Positions 1 through 11,989 are shown, counted from the first letter of the stretch. The stretch: DNA of 64,000 nt from Octopus vulgaris (GCA_951406725.2 OX597817.1:144894001-144958000), one strand, 5' to 3'. Numbers and translations: made by a program. The notes: generated by a model from the letters alone, not told the origin.

Positions 1-188
1 CCTGCATGGCATAAGGTGTGACAAAAAGTGGCATGAGCCAGGGGACTGGGTATCCTCTCCTCCTAGTCAATTCATATTCCTAAAAAGGCAGCAAGAAAAA
101 TACAAGGGGGTGGGAGAAGGTTATCAAAACAGGAGATTCGAAAAAATTTTTGGAATTATTTATTCACCATTTATTCACCTTTGCATCA

Positions 189-220
<32 letters not shown>

Positions 221-430
221 AATTCTTGTATACAGTGCTCAGGTGCACCACAACTTGTCAAAAGTGTGTATAAAGCATATGCAGTAATGTACAAATGTCT
301 GGAAAGTGAACAATGTATGAGTCAGATACATGCTTGCGTGTGTATGGAGGGGAGAAAATCAGGTGTAGTGTTGGCGAATCTCAGGAAGCATGGAAGTTTT
401 GAAAGATGCAGTGCTCCAACAACTAACAAC
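189..430 (-). mobile_element. 5'-truncated CR1/L2-like LINE 3' end with (TTA)n tail
   Basis: Close match to the tail-proximal ~235 bp of the longer copy at 52854-53360; (AAT)n tract at 189-218 on + strand. Confidence 0.8.
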
Positions 431-963
431 TTTTTAATAGGAGATAACTTACATGTTTTCTCCAACATGTACAATTTTTCTAACTCCTGTTAGCAAACGA
501 AACATGTGTAATGGGGCATAAATGGTACTAAAAAAATTTCCCATCTCCTGATAACACAAAACACGCATACAGAGATATGGCTACTTGCCTAAATACACAC
601 ATAAACACACACACACACGCATATAATGAAATACATGCAAACATGTGTAGGATTTTTCTTCAGCAAACACATCCTGTCAAAATCTTTGCTGACAATGAGA
701 TCACCAAATAATTTGATAACAGAATATTTGATAATACAATATTTACTTTCAAAGATATCAGTTGGTCTTATCTAATTCCATTTAATTAGTGAAATGCTCA
801 CAGAGAAGATACATTTTCTGTTATAACCCACTGTGGGAGTGGTTATGTTCTGATTAGCAGAAACTCTTTAGTTTTATGAGCAGATTGCAACTCAGTACAC
901 ATGTACCGAGAAAAATTATGAAGCATTCTTTTTAACAAATTCATAGGTTGTGTATATCTTACA

Positions 964-1354
964 CTAGCAATATAGCCCGGCGTTGCTCGGGTTTGTGTCG
1001 ACCCTTTAGAATTGAAATTTTTGAAAAGTAAAAATTTTGCATTATTTAGCTTGTTATTCTCTTTAAGTGAACATTTTTCCAGTTAAAATACACCGATAAA
1101 TGGCGACACAGCAGTAAAAGAATCGTTAAAAAAAGGGATTTTCATAGAAAAAAAAGTACTTTTTTGATGTAAATAATTTTTGGTGTTAACATGGTCCGAT
1201 TTGAATTTTTTCTTCTATGGAAGGAAAAGCAAGCTTTCTTCTATCATACTCTCAGTTTTGGTCAACTTGCACCACAGGGTCTCGGAAGAGATTGTGTTAG
1301 TTGAAGGCTACCAAACCTGCCATACACAGACAACTTCAGCTTTATATATATAGA
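964..1354 (-). mobile_element. Non-autonomous Helitron-type element
   Basis: On the minus strand it starts TC (TCTATATATATAAAGCTGAAGTTGTC) and ends CTAG, inserted between A and T, with a GC hairpin (+ strand CCCGGCGTTGCTCGGG, 976-991) just inside the 3' end; homologous to 33147-33537. Confidence 0.8.
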
Positions 1355-1359
1355 TTAAA

Positions 1360-1790
1360 TTACTCTTTTAACATGTTGGCTCCTACGTGTCCTGCCAGTG
1401 GGTCATGGTGGTATGTTAGTGAAATGCACCCGACCCACCAGCAGGTCAGTGTTTAATTTCTTTCCTATGGTTTCTTCTGAGAGGTTTCTTCTTCTTAATT
1501 CTTTTTGCCCCTTGTGGAGCATAAGGCCGGTTTCCCAGTTTCCTTGGCGTATAGGTTCCCCACCTGGATGGGATGCCGGTCCATTGCAGGTGAGCTGCAA
1601 GATGCAGGAGGAAAGAGTGGGAGAAAGTTGTGGCGAAAGGGTCAGCAGAAGTTCATCATTACCTTCTGCCAGAGTCGCGTGGAGCTTAGGTGTTTCGCTC
1701 ATAAACACACACATCACCCAGTCTGAGATTCGAACCCACAATCCCTTGACCGCGAATCCGCTGCTCTAACCACTAGGCCATGTGCCTCCA
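1360..1790 (-). mobile_element. tRNA-derived SINE (family E, head TGGAGGCACATGGCCTAGTGG)
   Basis: Pol III A box (TGGCCTAGTGG) and B box (GGTTCGAATC) on the minus strand followed by a non-tRNA body; related head at 54507. Confidence 0.75.
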
Positions 1791-2022
1791 CCTGAGAGGG
1801 TTGGTATAGTGTTAAAATGTTATGCTACTCATGTCAAAATTAATTAAGATATCTTATTGGGACCCTGGGATAAAACGTTAAATGAGGCTTGGGAGCCAAA
1901 AATTGATTAAATGTTGTTCAATGGTTTTACTATGGAATGGTGAAACTATTTTTCTGTTTTCTGAAAAAGCAACGTTTTGGACTTATGACACTTTTCCATA
2001 ATTGCAATGATAGATATATATA

Positions 2023-2185
2023 GGCTTAGGTATGGTTGTGTGGTAAGAAGTTTGCTTCACAACAATATGGTTTTGGGTTCAATCCCACCACTTGGTTCTG
2101 AGAGAATGTTTTCTCTTATAGCTTCAGGTGAACCAAAGCTGTGTGAGTGGATTTGGTAGATGGAAGCTGAAAGAAGCTTGTCATT
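2023..2185 (+). mobile_element. tRNA-derived SINE family A, 5' part
   Basis: TGGTTGTGTGGTAAG...GGTTCAATCCC head matching the full copies at 6862 and 42380. Confidence 0.75.
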
Positions 2186-2207
2186 TATATATATATATAT
2201 ATATATA

Positions 2208-2599
2208 TCTTTTATTCTTTTACTTGTTTTAGTCATTTGACTGCAGCCATGCTGGAGCACCGTCTTTAGTCGAGCAAATCGACGACAGGACTTATTATTT
2301 GTAAGCCCAGTACTTATTCTATTGGTCTCTTTTGCCGAACTGCTAAGTGATAGGGACACAAACACACCAGCATTGGTTATCAAGCAATGCTAGGGAGACA
2401 AACACAGACACACACACATATATATACATATATATGACGGGCTTCTTTTGAGTTTCCATCTACCTAATCCACTCACAAGGCATTGGTCAGTTCGAGCCTA
2501 TAGTAGTAAAAGACACTTGCCCAAAGTGGCACGCAGTGGGACTGACCCCAGAACCATGTGGTTGGTAAGGAAGCTACTTGCCACACAGCCAATCCTGTG

Positions 2600-2601
<2 letters not shown>
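2208..2601 (-). mobile_element. tRNA-derived SINE family A, full length
   Basis: Reverse complement of 6862-7300: head, internal (TA/TG)n, 3' ...GACTAAAACAAGTAAAAGA tail. Confidence 0.85.
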
Positions 2602-2639
<38 letters not shown>

Positions 2640-2886
2640 CTTGTTTATGTCCCCATGATTTCACAATTGAGCAAAAAACGACTGACTGAATAAGCTCCAG
2701 GCTTTAAAAATTTTACTGGGGTCAAATGGTTTGGCTAAATCCTTCAGGGTGGTCCCCCAGCATGGCAGCAGTCTAATAACTGATTCAAGTAAAAGATAAA
2801 AGATATAAATACACACGCATGAAGATGTGATCGACATTTTCATCCTGAAACCGTTTCTAATACTTGTTGATCTCTTTTACCTGCAG

Positions 2887-3181
2887 GTAATCACTACGGA
2901 ACACCAAAACCCCCTAAAGAACCTAACGTAGTTCATGTTCGGCGCACAGGGTCAGCTGGAAGTTTACTTTTTGGAAACAGCAATCAAGGTGAAACAAAAC
3001 GGAAGTTGCCTAGTAATTCAGAAATGTCATCTTCTAAATCTTCACTGCCGCCATTCAGAGACAATGTTCCTGTGATACGACAACGGTCCTTGGAAAAAGC
3101 ACGAAGCTCTTCGAATCTTGGCCCTTTACCTGGAAATTGGGAAACTGCTTACACTGCTGATGGCCAGCAATATTTTATAAA
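2887..3181 (+). CDS. MAGI: Internal coding exon of a MAGI-family (membrane-associated guanylate kinase inverted) gene: GK-domain end, linker, N-half of WW1
   Basis: Acceptor tctcttttacctgcag|, donor |gtaagt at 3182. The 295-nt frame is open (phase 1 in, phase 2 out) and reads (G)NHYGTPKPPKEPNVVHVRRTGSAGSLLFGNSNQGETKRKLPSNSEMSSSKSSLPPFRDNVPVIRQRSLEKARSSSNLGPLPGNWETAYTADGQQYFI(N). GNxYGTPKPP followed by an LGPLPxNWE WW motif is the MAGI signature. Confidence 0.92.
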
Positions 3182-3622
3182 GTAAGTCTGATAATGCATT
3201 TGTGTGTGTGTGTATGCGTGTGTGTGTTCTTTGGTTTTAAGAGAATAATAACAGCAAGCAGCACTGGCTGCAATATCTTGTCTCACAGAAACATTTCAAG
3301 AAAAATTGTGGGTTACAAATACGGGACTTCTAGCAGAATCCCAGTGGATTATCAGACACAGGTGTTTTGACTTGATTTCATCTTCTCAGTAACAAATATT
3401 CTGAATGTTCTGAGCCAACCCAAAATGCTTTCTCCAATACAGAAAGTAGCAGATAAAACATTTACTCATTTGTGCAAAAGTTATAGATTAAACTACCTGT
3501 GTGTATACCATTATGTATATACAAACAAGGAACATCATATATAGATTCAGATGAATATGGTTCTTAAGTTAAAGGCACCAGAATTTAGTCTGGTATTATC
3601 CATATAAATGGGGTGATTATAA

Positions 3623-3677
3623 TCAAAATAAGCAACAAGGATATCCAAAGTTTGGATATCCTTGTTGCTTATTTTGA
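3623..3677. repeat. Perfect 27-bp inverted repeat with 1-nt spacer
   Basis: TCAAAATAAGCAACAAGGATATCCAAA-G-TTTGGATATCCTTGTTGCTTATTTTGA. Confidence 0.95.
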
Positions 3678-3701
3678 GTATCTATATATATATATATATA
3701 T

Positions 3702-4214
3702 ATAACATAAGGGACTAAAGCCATCTGAATATGGCTAGGGACAGGGCAGGGTGGTGGGGGTGTTACTGTTGCATTTAGCCCCAGGCGAACATCAACGTCG
3801 CCAGATAGGCTTGACACCATCACGGCGTCCTTTATCCTGCAAAGGGAGATAATTCCCCGATGAAGCGGAAACCACACACGGACCTAGGTTTCAAGGTGTA
3901 TTGCCTATCATCAACATGTGGTAGGCCCCCGCTTCCTCGACGAACAACTCACTCTGCAGGATATTTATATATAGATTTTCAAGCAAAATACATTTGCTGA
4001 TTTCGAAAATCTGTTCGACAGCAATAATAATTCTCTAAATGAGATATAGACAGTAACTGCTCCATAACATAAGGAACTAAAGCCATCTGAATATGGCTAG
4101 GGACAGGGCAGGGTGGTGGGGGTGTTACTGTTGCATTTAGCCCCAGGCGAACATCAATGTCGCCAGATAGGCTTGACACCATCACGACTGTCTATATCTC
4201 ATTTAGAGAATTAT

Positions 4215-4216
<2 letters not shown>
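3702..4216 (-). mobile_element. Penelope-like element remnant (direct repeat plus inverted end) in a (TA)n tract
   Basis: 123-bp direct repeats at 3702-3824 and 4064-4186; perfect 30-bp inverted repeat at 4025-4054 and 4187-4216; hammerhead motif inside; (TA)n on both flanks. Confidence 0.6.
3875..3920 (-). ncRNA. Minimal type-I hammerhead ribozyme motif (C3U)
   Basis: Minus strand reads CACAUG-UUGAUGA-UAGG-caauaca-CCUU-GAAAC-CUAG-GUC-CGUGUG: 6-bp stem I, AGG/CCU stem II, palindromic stem III ACCUAGGU, GUC cleavage triplet. Confidence 0.7.
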
Positions 4217-4253
<37 letters not shown>

Positions 4254-4330
4254 ATGTATATATGTGTGTGTGTGTGTATGTATATATATGTGTGTGTGTG
4301 TATGTATATATGTGTGTGTGTATGTATATA

Positions 4331-4363
<33 letters not shown>

Positions 4364-4404
4364 GTATATATATGTGTGTGTGTGTATGTGTATGTATATA
4401 TATA

Positions 4405-4435
<31 letters not shown>
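4217..4435. repeat. Compound (TA)n/(TG)n microsatellite
   Basis: Directly visible. Confidence 0.95.
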
Positions 4436-4820
4436 TTCTCATCATCATATGTTGTATATATCAACTCGAATTCTTGAAGGAGCCATTTTATATTCAAACT
4501 GTATTCTCTGTATCTGTTAGACTTCGATTATATCACAGCTTAAGTAGATTTGTAGGAAATAAGAAACTGGTTTTTTTTTTGTTTGTTTTTTTTTTTTTTT
4601 TCATCTCAAAACATGATAAAATATCTTTGAAAAGAACTAAATCCAGATTTATACATCTGATTAAATGGAAAAGAAAATTAAGACGGCCACATGTTTACTG
4701 AGAACACTAACAATATGTGTGTGTATGTATATATGTGTGTGTGTGTATGTATATATGTATGTGTGTGTGTATGTATATATGTGTGTGTGTGTGTGTGTAT
4801 ATATATATGTATATCTCTTC

Positions 4821-5106
4821 GAATCTAGCTTTGCACCTGATGCATTGCAGCAATTAAGAACTATTCTATATTTCAACCTAAGGCAAAGAATTCACTTTCT
4901 AGATTCCATTGCACCAAAACATAAACAAATCTCATATAATCTCAAAATTTTAGACATAGAGTTGACAATGGACCAAATCCTGCAACACATTTTCCTGTAT
5001 TTATCTTCGTCATCTAAATCAATTTTGGAAGAATTGATTTTAGCAGATATTTTTTTTTTTTTAATATCTTTTATTGATTAATAATTTCAATAAAAACGGA
5101 GAATGC

Positions 5107-5139
<33 letters not shown>

Positions 5140-5424
5140 CACAAAGCAAAAGGAAGCTGGAATGGTACTAATCAGATCCAGCATTCTTTACTGCTTGTTG
5201 TACAATATATTTCCATTACAGCCTAGAAGCATCTCTCAAAGAATCTAGCTTTGCACCTGATGCATTGCAGCAATTAAGAACTATTCTATATTTCAACCTA
5301 AGGCAAAGAATTCACTTTCTAGATTCCATTGCACCAAAACCTTTGTCCATTACATAAACAAATCTCATATAATCTCAAAATTTTAGACATAGAGTTGACA
5401 ATGGACCAAATCCTGCAACACATT
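4821..5424. repeat. Local near-identical direct duplication (4821-4991 and 5241-5424)
   Basis: About 171 bp identical apart from a 13-bp indel; poly-T and poly-A runs lie between the copies. Confidence 0.9.
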
Positions 5425-5533
5425 ATTACTACTTGTGCTACTACTACTACTACGATTACTACTTGTGCTATAACTACTACTACTATTACTATGATTACTA
5501 CTTGTGCTACTACTACTACTACTACTACTACTA
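5425..5533. repeat. (ACT)n-based microsatellite
   Basis: Directly visible. Confidence 0.9.
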
Positions 5534-5999
5534 TAGAATGCTTCTTTCTTTTCCACCATGTTGTTATTATTTTTAATGAGAGAGAAATATCTTCTTGAGA
5601 GGCATGTCTGTATGAACCAAAACCATTGGAAAATATTACTTCAAAATTTTTACATCATTAAATTTTACAAGATTTTATTAGTTTTTTTTTTTTAGTTTGG
5701 TTTTGGTCTCAAATGAGATAAAATTGTATAATATCTGGTATTTATTTATTTATATAATCAATTTATTCATTTTCCAGAATTTTTTTTTTGCGATTCGATA
5801 AGAAGAGCAAATTTAAAATACGTCTAGCACATGATTCATCATTATTTCATATTGACTCTTCTTGCACATCTGTGAGAGTTCATTCCTCTGCACAGTTTCA
5901 ACCATATTTCAAAAGGATAAAAAGAAAAAAAATTACCTTTCTCCAACCCCCAGATTCAATGATGATTTCATCATCACCATTTAACATCTGTATTCCAAA

Positions 6000-6285
6000 C
6001 ATGGCAGATGCCAGCGCTGCCTGACTGGCGTCCGTGTCGGTGACACGTAAAAGCACCAACCAATTGTAGCCGTTTGCCAGCCTGGTCTGGCCCCTGTGCC
6101 GGTGGCACATAAAAAGCACCCACTACATTCATGGAGTGGTTGGTGTTAGGAAGGGCATCCAGCTGTAGAAACACTACCAAATCAGACTAGAGCCTGGTGC
6201 AGCCTCCATGGCTTCCAGACCCCAGTCGAACCGTCCAACCTATACTAGCATGGAAAACGGACGTTAAATGATGATGATGATGATT
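6000..6285 (+). mobile_element. RTE LINE 3' UTR fragment with (GAT)n tail
   Basis: GGCACxTAAAAGCACC repeats, GGAAGGGCATCCAGCTGTAGAAAC, CGTTAAA(TGA)n; the same tail follows RT coding remnants at 24562 and 56275. Confidence 0.75.
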
Positions 6286-6861
6286 CCATGCTGGCATGGA
6301 CTGGGTGGTTCAACAGACTCCAATGAACTTGAGGGTTTGTATCAAGCACAAGTGTCTGCTTTGGCTGGGTTTCTACAGCCAGATGCCCTTCCTAATACCA
6401 ACCACTTTACAGAGTCCACTGGGTTCTTTTTGTTGTGAGGTCACCAAGTAACTAGCTTGTACCCTACTTTTGCTAATTGGTTTAAGTGCCTGTATAGTCA
6501 GAAGCAAACACAGACATCCCCTTTGGCTCCTTACTCAACTGGTATTTATTTCAGCCGAGTGAACTGGAACAACATGAAATGGAATGAACCATCCAAAAAC
6601 ACAATGTGCAACACATTCGAGTATTGAACCAAGCCTTATGATTGTGGGTTCCGCACTCTCACCACTAACCCACATATATATATATATATATAACAAAAAC
6701 ACACTCACATAAAATTGTTAAAGTTAGCCTAAACTATTCTCTTTTTTTTTTACACACACACACACATAAAAACCATCCACCAAATTCCCTCAAATCCCTG
6801 CTTGTCTTGAAAAAAGTGTAGAATGGATAATGCAATTAAAAAATATACACTAAGATAGCAT

Positions 6862-7300
6862 AGGCTCAGGAGTGGCTGTGTAGTAAGTAGATTGCTTACT
6901 AACCACATGGTTCCGGGTTCAGTCCCACAGCATGGCACCTTGGGCAAGTGTCTTCTACTATAGCCTCGGGCCGACCAAAGCCTTGTGAGTGGATTTGGTA
7001 GATGGAAACTGGAAGAAGCCCGTCGTATATATGTGTATATATATATATGTATGTGTGTGTATATATATATATATGTATGTGTGTGTATATGTTTGTGTGT
7101 GTGTGTGTCCCCAACATCGCTTGACAACCGATGCTGGTGTGTTTACGTCCCCGTAACTTAGCAGTTTGGTAAAAAAAAAAAAAAAGACTGATAGAATAAG
7201 TATACTAGTCTTACAAAGAATAAGTCCTGGGGTTGATTTGCTCGACTAAAGGCGGTGCTCCAGCATGGCCACAGTCAAATGACTGAAACAAGTAAAAGAG
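6862..7300 (+). mobile_element. tRNA-derived SINE family A, full length
   Basis: A/B-box head GGAGTGGCTGTGTAGTAAG...GGTTCAGTCCC, internal microsatellite, 3' AAACAAGTAAAAGAG. Confidence 0.85.
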
Positions 7301-7894
7301 AGAACTAGAGCTAAATGACCACGACAACAACTGATACTATTTGATCAATCAGATGAGGCAAGGGTTAAAATCACAGCATACATGTACAGGATTTGAACTC
7401 AGAACCTTAAGAAAGTAAACTTATACGTTGTAGAGTATTTAGTTAGGCCCTGTAATCGTATTTTCACCGTGTTAATTGAATACAGAATACAGTTGAAGTT
7501 AGATGACTACAGTTACCTCCCTTAGTATCCCTTTTCATTTTTAATAACTAAATCTCAACTATTTACTAAAATACCAACATTTGTGTGATTTGAATCTTTG
7601 TTTTCTGATTTGCATATTTTAGGATAGTTAAATGACTGCTTTGTAACTTGTCCCTAAGTAGATATTTTGAACGTTAAGGTCATCAAGATGTTTACATTGA
7701 AAGACATTTGGGACCCTCTGAACAATCATCATACGACCAAAGGAAAACGTCCTGTCGAACCTGTTCTAATCGAGCAGACCTATGATCAAATGTTTTTCTA
7801 CAATGACCATCATGTCTTCGTTTTAGACATTGTGTATCTAGGGAGATTTATCTTCTATATCTAACAGATAGGGTCACTGTATTAGAGGCTTCTT

Positions 7895-8300
7895 CTTTAT
7901 TCTTTTCTCCTCTAGGCACAAGGCCTGAAATTTTGTGGGAATGGGCCAGTCGATTAAATCAACCCCGGTATGCAACTGGTACTTAATTTATTGACCCTGA
8001 AAGGATGAAAAGCAAAGTCAACCTTGGCGGAATTTGGACTCAGAACGTAAAGACAGACGAAATATTGCTTAGCATTTGGCCCAGTGTGCTAACATTTCTG
8101 CCAGCTCACCGCCTTAAGAATATATTCTTTTCTACTCTTGGCACAAGGCCCGAAATTTTCAGGGAGGGTGCCAGTTGATTAGATCAATTCCAATATGCAA
8201 CTGGTACTTAATTTATCGACCCCGAAAGGATGTAAGGCAAAGTCGACCTCGGTGGACAAAATACCACTAAGCATGCTAACGTTTCTGCCAGCTCGCCGCC
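7895..8300 (-). mobile_element. Two tandem SINE family C copies
   Basis: Reverse complement of head GGCGGCGAGCTGGCAGAA and of core GCCTTTCATCCTTTCGGGGTCGATAAA. Confidence 0.75.
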
Positions 8301-8389
8301 TTTGCTTCTTTTTTGTTCATAGCTTATTTATTATTAATGAGCCAATATCTATAAAGTTAATCATTGTTCTGCAGTAAAACATAGGTATT

Positions 8390-8522
8390 GGTATGGGTGT
8401 GTGATTATAAGCTCACTTTGCAACCACATGGTTTCAGGTTCAATTCCACTTCATGGCACTTTGGGCAATTGTCTTTTTTTTGCGTGTGAATTTAATTGAC
8501 GAAAACTGTTTAGAGCCCATCT

Positions 8523-8556
<34 letters not shown>

Positions 8557-8800
8557 GGAGTGTGTGTGTGTGTGAGAGAGAGAGTGTGTGTGTCTGTTTA
8601 TATTTGTTCCCTCGCTGCTTGACAATCTGAATTTGTTTCTGTCCCCTGTAACTTAGCAGTTTGACAAAAGAGATTGATAGAATAATTACCAGACTTAAAA
8701 ATAAAAGAAGTTCTGGGGTTGATTTATTTGACTAAAAAAACTCTTCGAGGCAGTACCCCAGCATGGCCACAGTCCAGTAACTGAAACAAACAAAAATAAA
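8390..8800 (+). mobile_element. Degenerate SINE family A
   Basis: Recognisable head and 3' CCAGCATGGCCACAGTC...GAAACA. Confidence 0.65.
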
Positions 8801-9500
8801 ATCCATTATCTCCTCTTATCCCAAACTGTCCTCATTCGCCTCTCATTTTCTTCCTACAGCTGCTGCCTTTAACACACACACACACACACACATTATCTCC
8901 ATCTACGTCCCACCTACATAGAACTTCGTAGCATTAAAAGTGGTGAATGAGTTTTGTTTTTAACCAACAGAAATGGTGGGGGTTATTTCCCTTCTCACGT
9001 AAACGAAATAAAATATTAATTACTCCACGGCGAAATTAGTTTATATTTTATGTATCTTAGAGGGACCGTCTCTGTGAAGTTAAAATATTCCACAACGAGC
9101 CTGAGATCAAGAATTTAAAGAGTTTCAAATACTAGTCTACTATCCACAAATTAACATGTTAAAATCTTAAAATCAAAACTGAATTTGAGTCTAACTTTAC
9201 AGTTAATTGTATAAATACAAGAATTATGGTTTGGCAGACACATGTTAGCCCCTCTAAAAACGCACAGACAGTTTAACTTCACTTAAACGTTTATTAATTT
9301 GGTATCTACTCTGGATGTCTTGCTTTTTGGACATGGACACGTTAAGGCTCCACCATCTTTCAACAACTTTTGTCACCTTTTTTATATTCCATGTCTAACA
9401 CCCGTGGACTGCTTACAAAATCAATAAACAACAAAGTACCCATGACTTTCGGAAACGTTTATTTATGCTTAGAATTGCTAAAGTGTGAAATAAACTACAC

Positions 9501-9739
9501 GGATCTTTTCGACAAACAACAGCAGTAATTGTATTCACCTCAATAGACGTCCTTGATTGGTTGAAATTTCCGAAATACGAGAAATTTAACAACAAATAGC
9601 TTACAAACTACAGAATTTTCTCATGAACGCCAAGAGAAAAAGATGCTTTATGTGACATATTCTACCAGTATACGAAGTTTAAAAGTGTTTAGTTACAAAA
9701 AATTATTTTTTAAATCTGCCGGTCAAAGTGAAAAGATCC
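9501..9739. mobile_element. MITE with GGATC termini and 8-bp TSD AACTACAC
   Basis: GGATCTTTTCG...GAAAAGATCC; TSD at 9493-9500 and 9740-9747; homologous in inverted orientation to the left part of 16019-16435. Confidence 0.85.
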
Positions 9740-9747
9740 AACTACAC

Positions 9748-9955
9748 CCATTGGTAGTCGGCTGTCAGGACACGACGTCCTTCAAATACTCAATGCTTCC
9801 TGAAACATGCCAACAGTGTGCCCAATGTAACCCCTTTTTTTGCCACTGTTCACTTCCTCTGCATCACTATGTACTGTGCAAGCACTTTTGGCTACTTTTT
9901 CCTGATGAGTTGCAGTGCACCTGAATACTATATGCAATAAGTTCATTATTATAAA
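9748..9955 (+). mobile_element. Degenerate CR1/L2-like LINE 3' end
   Basis: Resembles the reverse complement of 52854-53090 (...CCTTCAAA...ATGCTTCCTGA...GTGCACCTGA...TTCATTATTA). Confidence 0.55.
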
Positions 9956-10755
9956 TAATTAAATGCACTCATTGTGTGTTTTTGAATGCTTATGTCTCTT
10001 TCATACAGTAATTGTTTTAACTCCAATGCACAGTCTCAGATCAAATCACTTGCCAGGCAAGTACATCTCCAGAGTAGAGGACAATTTAAATGTAAAAATA
10101 GATTGAAATCACGTTTGTCTGATTCAGTAAAACTTTTGTCTACAACTGGTATTTGTTGTATCATGATTTCTGCAAGTATTAAACACATTATTACGTTGAC
10201 TGTGGTTAAACTGAATCATTTCATTCAATGATGAAAAACTTGTTCTTCTACTCCTGTGCCAGTTTCTGTCATGGACTGTGGCCATGCTGGGGCATCAGTT
10301 TCAAAGGTTTCGGTTAATCATATTTATTCCTAGTATTTATCTTAGTTTGGTACATATTGTATTTACATCTGTTTGTCAAATTGCTAAGTTAACTTTTCAT
10401 ATAAAGAGATGCCACTTAATACACTGTTTTACAGCGGAAGACACTGACACCAGACACATGCAAACACATACACACATTTACGAACACACCCACACACACA
10501 CACACAACAGGCATCCACACAGTTTCTATCTGGAATTCTTCCGTCAAGACATTGGCCAATCTGTGGTTAAGGTGGAAAACATTTGCCCAAGACATATCTT
10601 ATGCTCAAACCCAGATCAATGTGATTATGGAGTGAAGTTTTTAACCACACTGTTTCAACCTTGTCTCATATAATTTGGCCAGATGTGTATTGAAGTGACA
10701 ATAATAAATGTGTTTTCATGTTGTTATTGTTCCAGTTTAATATTTCTACTTAGTT

Positions 10756-11375
10756 AAGGCGGCAAGCTGGCAGAATCGTTAGCACGTCGGGTGAAATGCT
10801 TAGCAGTATTTCGTCTGTCTTTACGTTCTGAGTTCAAATTCCGCCAAGGTCAACTTTGCTTTTCATCCTTTCGGGGTCGATTAAATAAGTACCAGTTACG
10901 CATTGGGGTCGATATAATTGACTTAATCCGTTTGTCTTACCTGTTTGTCCTCTCTGTGTTTAGCCCCTTGTGGGTAGTAAAGAAATAGGTATTTTGTCTG
11001 CCGTTACATTCTGAGTTCAAATTCCACCGAGGTTCACTTTGCCTTTCATCCTTTCGGGGTCAATAAATTAAGTACCAGTTGTGTACTGGGATCGATCTAA
11101 TCGACTGGCACCCTCTCCAAAAATTTCAGCCTTTGTACCTAGAGTAGAAAAGATTATCTTAAAGGTGGTGAGTTGACAGAAATGTTAACACACCAGGTGA
11201 AATGCTTAGCAGTATTTCGTCTGTCTTTACGTTCTGAGTTCAAATTCCGCCGAGGTCAACTTTGCTTTTCATCCTTTCGGGGTCGATTAAATAAGTACCA
11301 GTTACGCATTGGGATCAATCTAAATAATTGTCCCCCTCCCAAAAAATTTCAAGCCTTGTGCTTAGAGTAGAAAAG
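10756..11375 (+). mobile_element. Trimeric SINE family C composite within a single 17-bp TSD
   Basis: Three TTCTGAGTTCAAATTCC...TTTCATCCTTTCGGGGTC cores; AATATTTCTACTTAGTT at 10739-10755 and 11376-11392. Confidence 0.8.
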
Positions 11376-11934
11376 AATATTTCTACTTAGTTCTATTAAA
11401 ACAGATGCTGACATCAGTGGTTACTTCTGCAGTTCAAATCTGCAGGTTATTGCAGTGATTCCTGTACACATAGAACTGATTATCATTCTCAATATAGCTT
11501 TGGTAATCCATTTGCAAAGACAGCATTTAATGTTGTCACTATTTTGGCAGAAAGTCAGATGCTGCTGTGAGAACAATGTACTGAATGCAAGAAGCATCTT
11601 AACTCACAGCCAACAGGTATTTAGCATTCAATATTTAGCCCAGATACCTAGTCAAGCTTGTGTGTTGTATATTCCATTGACAGGCGTATCGTGTGAGTGC
11701 ATGAGTATATATACATGTGTATGTATAATATTGTGTGTGTGTGTATATGAAATGTATATATATCTGTGTAAATGTGTATAAAAATATATGTATATGTGTG
11801 TGTATGCATGTATGTATATGTACATGTGTATGTGTTTGTATCCCCTCAGTGCTATTCTCCACCTCCCAGTTGAAGGGTGTTTGTCTTGCAGAAACACATC
11901 AACACCCACACATAGATATACACACAAATGTGTG

Positions 11935-11970
<36 letters not shown>

Positions 11971-11989
11971 TGTACATATATGTATGTGC

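Noticed and set aside
1398-1769. Overlapping ORFs of 73-123 aa
   Set aside because: They lie entirely inside a tRNA-derived SINE
1720-1790. tRNA-like sequences with A/B boxes (also at 6862, 14201, 42380, 47821, 54507)
   Set aside because: No complete cloverleaf or acceptor stem; each continues into a SINE body, so these are SINE heads, not tRNA genes
3856-3885. Plus-strand CCGATGA-AGCG-GAAAC hammerhead-like motif
   Set aside because: No stem II can form and the core is altered; the real motif is on the opposite strand
4113-4701. Long ORFs rich in IY/CV/HT repeats (also at 11635-12583, 20518-21102, 26063-26439, 35353-36151, 36377-37041, 44108-44889)
   Set aside because: Translations of stop-free microsatellites, with no protein-like content
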